Below the pieces are notes generated by a model, which was not told the DNA's origin, searched no databases, and saw nothing but the letters and a program-made list of their open reading frames with translations. Below are positions 34,570 through 38,405 of a stretch of 38,405 bases of DNA, in pieces. The stretch is from a virus (lineage: Duplodnaviria; Heunggongvirae; Uroviricota; Caudoviricetes): the IMG/VR virus record IMGVR_UViG_2639762960_000007; one strand, given 5' to 3'. How positions within the stretch are numbered: the stretch's first letter is position 1; each line of letters begins with the position of its first letter. The position numbers and the translations under genes are program-made.

Positions 34570-34764
34570 ATGATATTTAAATGTATTCAGTGCGAGAGGG
34601 ATATAACAGCCCTGCGTTTTCACAGCGCCATCGCCGTGATGTCCGGTAAGTATCACATACCTGCAGTACGTGTCACCCTGGTCTGCCCGTACTGCAGCCA
34701 GCATTTTTCGGCGGACGTGCCCGTCATAGAATTCTCCCGCCCTGACAGGGAGGACGCGCAATGA
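34570..34764 (+). CDS. Small zinc-ribbon protein, Com-like
   Basis: 64 aa; ATG at 34570 preceded by GAGGAG; two CxxC pairs (FKCIQCERDI and LVCPYCSQHF). Confidence 0.45.
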   Translation: MIFKCIQCERDITALRFHSAIAVMSGKYHIPAVRVTLVCPYCSQHFSADVPVIEFSRPDREDAQ

Positions 34765-35033
34765 TTACCCCACAGGAAGCACGACAGCGCACCCGAACTC
34801 TTGTTGAACACTATGTCAACGAGTGTGAATGCCGCGACCTCACCGATGTGAAGCACGTCCTGACGGCGCTAATCAGCATGGCCACACAGGCCATTGTGGC
34901 GACCAACGGAAAGGAGGCTGCCCTGCAGGTACTGATGAACACACTCACCCACACGGCAGAGCATGAGGTGCCGTACCGGATGGAAACCACTGCAGAAGGC
35001 GGCCTGCACATCACCGTCAGCCGGAAGCACTGA
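34761..35033 (+). CDS. Hypothetical early protein
   Basis: 90 aa; ATGA overlap with the upstream gene. Confidence 0.45.
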   Translation: MITPQEARQRTRTLVEHYVNECECRDLTDVKHVLTALISMATQAIVATNGKEAALQVLMNTLTHTAEHEVPYRMETTAEGGLHITVSRKH

Positions 35034-35042
35034 GGGCGCGGC

Positions 35043-35339
35043 ATGACACGAAACACCGAACTCACCCGCACCGCCCTCTACCGTCTGGCCCTGCAGCGTT
35101 TCGGGCCGGACGCACAGGCCCTGAAACTGACAGAAGAGGCCGCTGAACTGGCGGCCAGTGCTGCCCGCAATCTGAACGGACAGGGCAGCGAAAGTGACCT
35201 CGCGGCAGAGCTGGCAGACGTGGAAATCATGACAGAGCAACTGCGCCTTCAGGGGATGGACCGGCTGATTGACTTCCACAAACAGAAAAAACTGGAACGT
35301 CTGGCTGCACGACTGGGCGTGATTTACACGAACGAGTAA
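35043..35339 (+). CDS. MazG-like nucleotide pyrophosphohydrolase domain protein (tentative)
   Basis: 98 aa; ATG at 35043 preceded by GAGGG; acidic helices LTEEAAELAASAA and AELADVEIMTEQL resemble the EExxE/D motifs of small MazG-like proteins. Confidence 0.4.
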   Translation: MTRNTELTRTALYRLALQRFGPDAQALKLTEEAAELAASAARNLNGQGSESDLAAELADVEIMTEQLRLQGMDRLIDFHKQKKLERLAARLGVIYTNE

Positions 35340-35353
35340 CCGGGAGGCATTCA

Positions 35354-35569
35354 ATGGCTGACATACTCAGGGAAATCACCGCATGGACACTGATTCTTAC
35401 TGGCCTGGCGACATGCCTCAGTGCGGGGGCAGCCCTGGCTGCCCTGCTGATGCACATAACAACACAGTGGTTATGGGAAAAGCTTAAAGCAGCATACAGC
35501 CTGAAAGAGCTGTCCGACGCTGTCCGGGCATGGAAACGGCAGAAAAATACCGGAGATACAGAACAATGA
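35354..35569 (+). CDS. Small membrane protein
   Basis: 71 aa; ATG at 35354 preceded by GGGAGG; hydrophobic segment WTLILTGLATCLSAGAALAALLM. Confidence 0.45.
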   Translation: MADILREITAWTLILTGLATCLSAGAALAALLMHITTQWLWEKLKAAYSLKELSDAVRAWKRQKNTGDTEQ

Positions 35570-36249
35570 CAGACCAGAATAAACACATTGAGAAACTGAA
35601 AAAGTTGCTGGCGCTGGCCGCATCCGGCAACCCGCACGAGGCCGCTCTGGCACTGCGCCGAGCCCGTAAACTGATGGATGTTCACGGCATCACACATTCC
35701 GACATTGCTATGAGTGATATTGATGAAACCATCAGTCATTACTGGCCGACAGGCAGTCTCCGTCCACCGCGCTACATGCTGGGCCTGATGAACATCATCC
35801 GCGAGGCATTTGGTGTTAACTCCATCATTCACCCCGGCACGCATCCGTCTGTGGGGTTCTACGGTAACCGGGAACGAGCGGCACTGGCTGCGTACACCTG
35901 GGAAGTGCTGGTCCGCCAGCTGAAAAAGGCGCGTCAGCAGTATATCAGCGCACAGAACAAAAGAATAAAAAACGCCACCCGTACCAGCCGTGGAGACCAG
36001 TTTGCTGAAGGCTGGGTACTGGCCGTTATCAGTGAAATACAGTCCTTTGCCCTGACCGATGATGAGCGTGAACTGATGCAACAGTGGCTGGAACATAAAT
36101 ACCCGCAGACGCAAACCACCAGGGCGCGTAAACCGGGAAGAAGCCGCAATGGCGACGCCTCGCGCTATGCGGGGTTTCGTGAAGGGCAGAACGTCAGACT
36201 GCACCGCCCGGTCAGTGGGCAGGAACAACAGAAACTGGAGGCCAGATGA
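35566..36249 (+). CDS. DUF2786-like phage protein
   Basis: ATG at 35566 in ATGA overlap with the upstream gene, preceded by GGAGA; N-terminus IEKLKKLLALAASGNPHEAALALRRARKLMDVHGI matches the DUF2786 signature as I recall it. Confidence 0.55.
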   Translation: MTDQNKHIEKLKKLLALAASGNPHEAALALRRARKLMDVHGITHSDIAMSDIDETISHYWPTGSLRPPRYMLGLMNIIREAFGVNSIIHPGTHPSVGFYGNRERAALAAYTWEVLVRQLKKARQQYISAQNKRIKNATRTSRGDQFAEGWVLAVISEIQSFALTDDERELMQQWLEHKYPQTQTTRARKPGRSRNGDASRYAGFREGQNVRLHRPVSGQEQQKLEAR

Positions 36250-36476
36250 TTACGCTATCAGGTAACAGCCGGAAATTAAAAGCCTGCCGAATATCTGCCA
36301 GATACCTTTTTGCCCGCGCCTTTTTTAAGAACGTCAGGCCGGGGATCACAATTGGTGTTATTGCCGGACGCGAACAGGTTGAAAAATACATGTCAGGTGC
36401 ATGGTGGAATAACGACCCTGTCATTGCTGCCCGTAATATTCATATCGAATGGGGAGGTATTCAGAATGACTACTGA
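36246..36476 (+). CDS. Hypothetical small protein
   Basis: 76 aa; ATG at 36246 overlapping the upstream stop. Confidence 0.35.
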   Translation: MITLSGNSRKLKACRISARYLFARAFFKNVRPGITIGVIAGREQVEKYMSGAWWNNDPVIAARNIHIEWGGIQNDY

Positions 36477-36672
36477 AACCATTGTCTGTTTTCTTTTCTG
36501 GTATATGTACGCAGGATCATGCAGCGCAAGACTTCATCGTTCCCTGGGCTATGGCAGGCACTACGACACCGCGCATTACATCCTGTACATGACCGCCGTC
36601 ATGTTGTTCTGGCCAGTCACCCTGCCAGCTGCAACCGACATTGTTGCCGACAGACTGAAAAAAAGGAGATGA
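36466..36672 (+). CDS. Small membrane protein
   Basis: 68 aa from ATG 36466 preceded by GGGGAGG; two hydrophobic segments. Confidence 0.4.
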   Translation: MTTETIVCFLFWYMYAGSCSARLHRSLGYGRHYDTAHYILYMTAVMLFWPVTLPAATDIVADRLKKRR

Positions 36673-36673
36673 T

Positions 36674-37123
36674 ATGCAGAAAAAACGCCTGATACAGCTT
36701 ATCCATATTGCCCGTAATGAACTGGGTATGGATGAAGACACCTACCGCCAGATGTTACAGGGGCTGACCGGTAAAGCCTCAACCAAAGGAATGGATACCA
36801 CACAACTAAACTGCGTGCTGGAATCCATGAAAAAGAAAGGCTTTCGCGTTAAACCAGCCAGAAAAGCCAGCTCCGGTTTACCGCTGGATAACCATCCGCA
36901 GTCCAGGAAAATTCGTGCGCTATGGCTTGAAATGGCTGCTGCCGGCATTGTTCGTGACCGTTCAGAAAATGCATTAGCGCGGTGGATCAAGCGGGAAACG
37001 GGCATCAGCGCCCTGCGCTGGCTCAATACTGAACAGGCAAGCAGTGTTATTGAGAAACTGAAGAAGTGGCAGCACAGAGCTGCGGGAGTAAAACATGAGC
37101 GACCTGAATCAGTTTCGAAGTAA
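36674..37123 (+). CDS. gemA: GemA-like protein (Mu gp16 family)
   Basis: 149 aa; ATG at 36674 preceded by AAGGAGA; N-terminal LIQLIHIARNELGMDEDTYRQMLQGLTGKAS matches the GemA signature; sits immediately upstream of mor. Confidence 0.75.
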   Translation: MQKKRLIQLIHIARNELGMDEDTYRQMLQGLTGKASTKGMDTTQLNCVLESMKKKGFRVKPARKASSGLPLDNHPQSRKIRALWLEMAAAGIVRDRSENALARWIKRETGISALRWLNTEQASSVIEKLKKWQHRAAGVKHERPESVSK

Positions 37124-37493
37124 AGGGCCGGAACTCCTGGTGGAGCTGGCACAGCATACCTCTGAGACCGTTCGCGAGATTATTGATATTGAGCCCGCAA
37201 TTGCCGACCAGATTGGTCAGGCCGTCGCGAACCGAATGATGCAGGTCTGGGGCGGGCAAAACGTTTATTTCCCGATGGGCATGGTATGGAAGGTCAGTCA
37301 GCGCGACCGGGAAATCTTCAGGGAGTTTAACGGACGCAACCACCACGAACTGGCCCGCAAGTTTGGTGTTTCGCTTCAGTGGGTCTACAGCGTGGTTAAG
37401 CGGGTCAGAAAAGAAGAACTGGATCGGATGCAGGGCAGGTTGTTTGATGAAGATCTGCCAGAGGAGACGAAAGACGTTAACAAATCCAGATAA
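37095..37493 (+). CDS. mor: Mor-family transcription activator (middle operon regulator)
   Basis: 132 aa; ATG at 37095 preceded by GGGAG; C-terminal HTH ELARKFGVSLQWVYSVVKR resembles Mor/C family; overlaps the gemA 3' end. Confidence 0.8.
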   Translation: MSDLNQFRSKGPELLVELAQHTSETVREIIDIEPAIADQIGQAVANRMMQVWGGQNVYFPMGMVWKVSQRDREIFREFNGRNHHELARKFGVSLQWVYSVVKRVRKEELDRMQGRLFDEDLPEETKDVNKSR

Positions 37494-37536
37494 TTCCTGC
37501 TTGTTAAAGTCCTTTCAAAAATCTCCTTATTGTATA

Positions 37537-37569
37537 AAAGCACGGTAGACCCCTTACCGTGCTTTTTTT
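37537..37569 (+). terminator. Rho-independent terminator after mor
   Basis: aaagcacggta-gacccct-taccgtgcttt followed by a T-run, 44 nt after the mor stop. Confidence 0.75.
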
Positions 37570-37607
37570 ATGCTCTCTCTTTAGTATTCAGGATGCAGGG
37601 AGAAAAT

Positions 37608-38240
37608 ATGTTTGACGTTTCGTTGTTAAATCTGCCATGGGCAACACTGGTGACCCTGACCAGTGGCTATATTGGGTATTTTATTGCGAATGTGGGACTG
37701 AAGGATCACCACAAGCCCATTGAGGTGACTTTTTCTTCGCTGATTTTTGGCCTGACAGCAATGATGGCTTACCAGGCTGTTATGTGGGCAGGTCTGAATG
37801 CCTGGCTGGCAACACCACCAGCACTTCTGTGTGCCGTTACATGCGGTGCGTGGTGGCGCAGGTACGGTCGCAAATGGATGTACAGATTACTGTGGAATAA
37901 TGATGTTTCATGGTCTGACGATACCAGCTCAGCATGGCAGGCAATGTTTGATCAAACAGGCTTCAGCGTTACCGAGGTCAGAGTGATTCTTCGCGATGGT
38001 TCCGGTATGATGTCACGGCTGCCAGGGAACTTTGAAGAGTGGCCTAACGGTCCGTTTACCCTGGGGAATAAAGGCGATATGGTTCTTTACGTCACGCACA
38101 GCAGCCCTTCAGGCAGTAACGAATGGGAAGAGTATAAAGGCGTGGTTGATAAGTACTGGGGAGCTCTGGCAACCTATATTCCAGCAGATCAGATTGCCAG
38201 AGTGGAGATCAGGCGCGTTCGTGCAACGAACGATGAATGA
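37608..38240 (+). CDS. Membrane protein (three N-terminal TM helices plus ~110-aa soluble C-terminal domain), function unknown
   Basis: ATG at 37608 preceded by AGGGAG gives 210 aa (track ORF starts upstream inside the terminator); hydrophobic segments WATLVTLTSGYIGYFIANV, VTFSSLIFGLTAMMAYQAVMWAGL and ALLCAVTCGAWW. Confidence 0.55.
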   Translation: MFDVSLLNLPWATLVTLTSGYIGYFIANVGLKDHHKPIEVTFSSLIFGLTAMMAYQAVMWAGLNAWLATPPALLCAVTCGAWWRRYGRKWMYRLLWNNDVSWSDDTSSAWQAMFDQTGFSVTEVRVILRDGSGMMSRLPGNFEEWPNGPFTLGNKGDMVLYVTHSSPSGSNEWEEYKGVVDKYWGALATYIPADQIARVEIRRVRATNDE

Positions 38241-38405
38241 TGTTTATTTTTTCCCTGGGGCAGGGGCTGCCGGCATAGTGGTTTTATTGGCAGAGGAAGA
38301 CGATTCTCCTTTTCTACCGGAATCGCGCTCGAACGTCACGATGTGCTTGCTTTTGGGCTTTTCTGAGTAATCCAGGCTATCATGCTTATTGTTTTGAGTA
38401 GTCAT

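Larger units (their letters stand above)
643..38405. mobile_element. Mu-like transposable prophage with P2-like tail and BcepMu-type early/late arrangement; right boundary beyond the window
   Basis: Contiguous set of DDE transposase, B-like ATPase, Gam, GemA, Mor, Mu-type head genes, P2-type tail genes and a Gin invertase. No tyrosine integrase. A truncated host-type MFS gene abuts the invertase end. Confidence 0.8.

Noticed and set aside
35227-36228. 333-aa minus-strand ORF
   Set aside because: Antisense across several tightly coupled early genes that have good RBSs; Arg/Cys-rich translation.
38032-38370. 112-aa plus-strand ORF overlapping the 3' end of the 37608..38240 gene
   Set aside because: Out-of-frame overlap with a better-supported gene; no RBS. 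The last ~165 bp of the window were left unannotated.
673-38405. Two different prophages placed back to back (late module of one, early module of another)
   Set aside because: Only one host-gene fragment is seen, no second set of terminal or structural genes is present, and the divergent layout matches a known Mu-like subgroup. Cannot be fully excluded without the sequence beyond 38405.

Overview
Almost the whole window is one Mu-like transposable prophage (about 643..38405, running off the right edge), lying next to a 5'-truncated MFS transporter gene (1..642). The late module is on the minus strand (25451 down to 673): holin, SLT-type endolysin, nested Rz/Rz1-like spanins, small and large terminase, portal, Mu F/G/I/T-like head genes, a P2-like contractile tail (sheath, tube, E/E' chaperone, tape measure, U, X, D, V, W, J, I), a repeat-rich tail fibre whose C-terminus sits in an invertible segment, and a Gin-family invertase. 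The early module is on the plus strand (29241 to the window end): Ner-like, DDE transposase, B-like ATPase, Gam, Com-like zinc ribbon, MazG-like, DUF2786-like, GemA, Mor, all divergent from an HTH repressor (28745..29152, minus). Early and late modules are transcribed away from a central accessory island, which matches the BcepMu-type layout (early region inverted relative to Mu) as I recall it. The island holds a Dam-like adenine methyltransferase and, directly downstream of and co-directional with the repressor, an AT-rich two-gene cassette: an NdpA/YejK-like protein (27667..28674) plus a protein with three C-terminal TM helices (26459..27664). That cassette is my best candidate for an undescribed, repressor-linked (Rex-like) exclusion or abortive-infection system. 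No rRNA, tRNA or CRISPR array was recognised. All family assignments come from reading the translations and from remembered family signatures; no database search was run. Several starts were refined from the ORF track because the track opens some ORFs at non-ATG codons.
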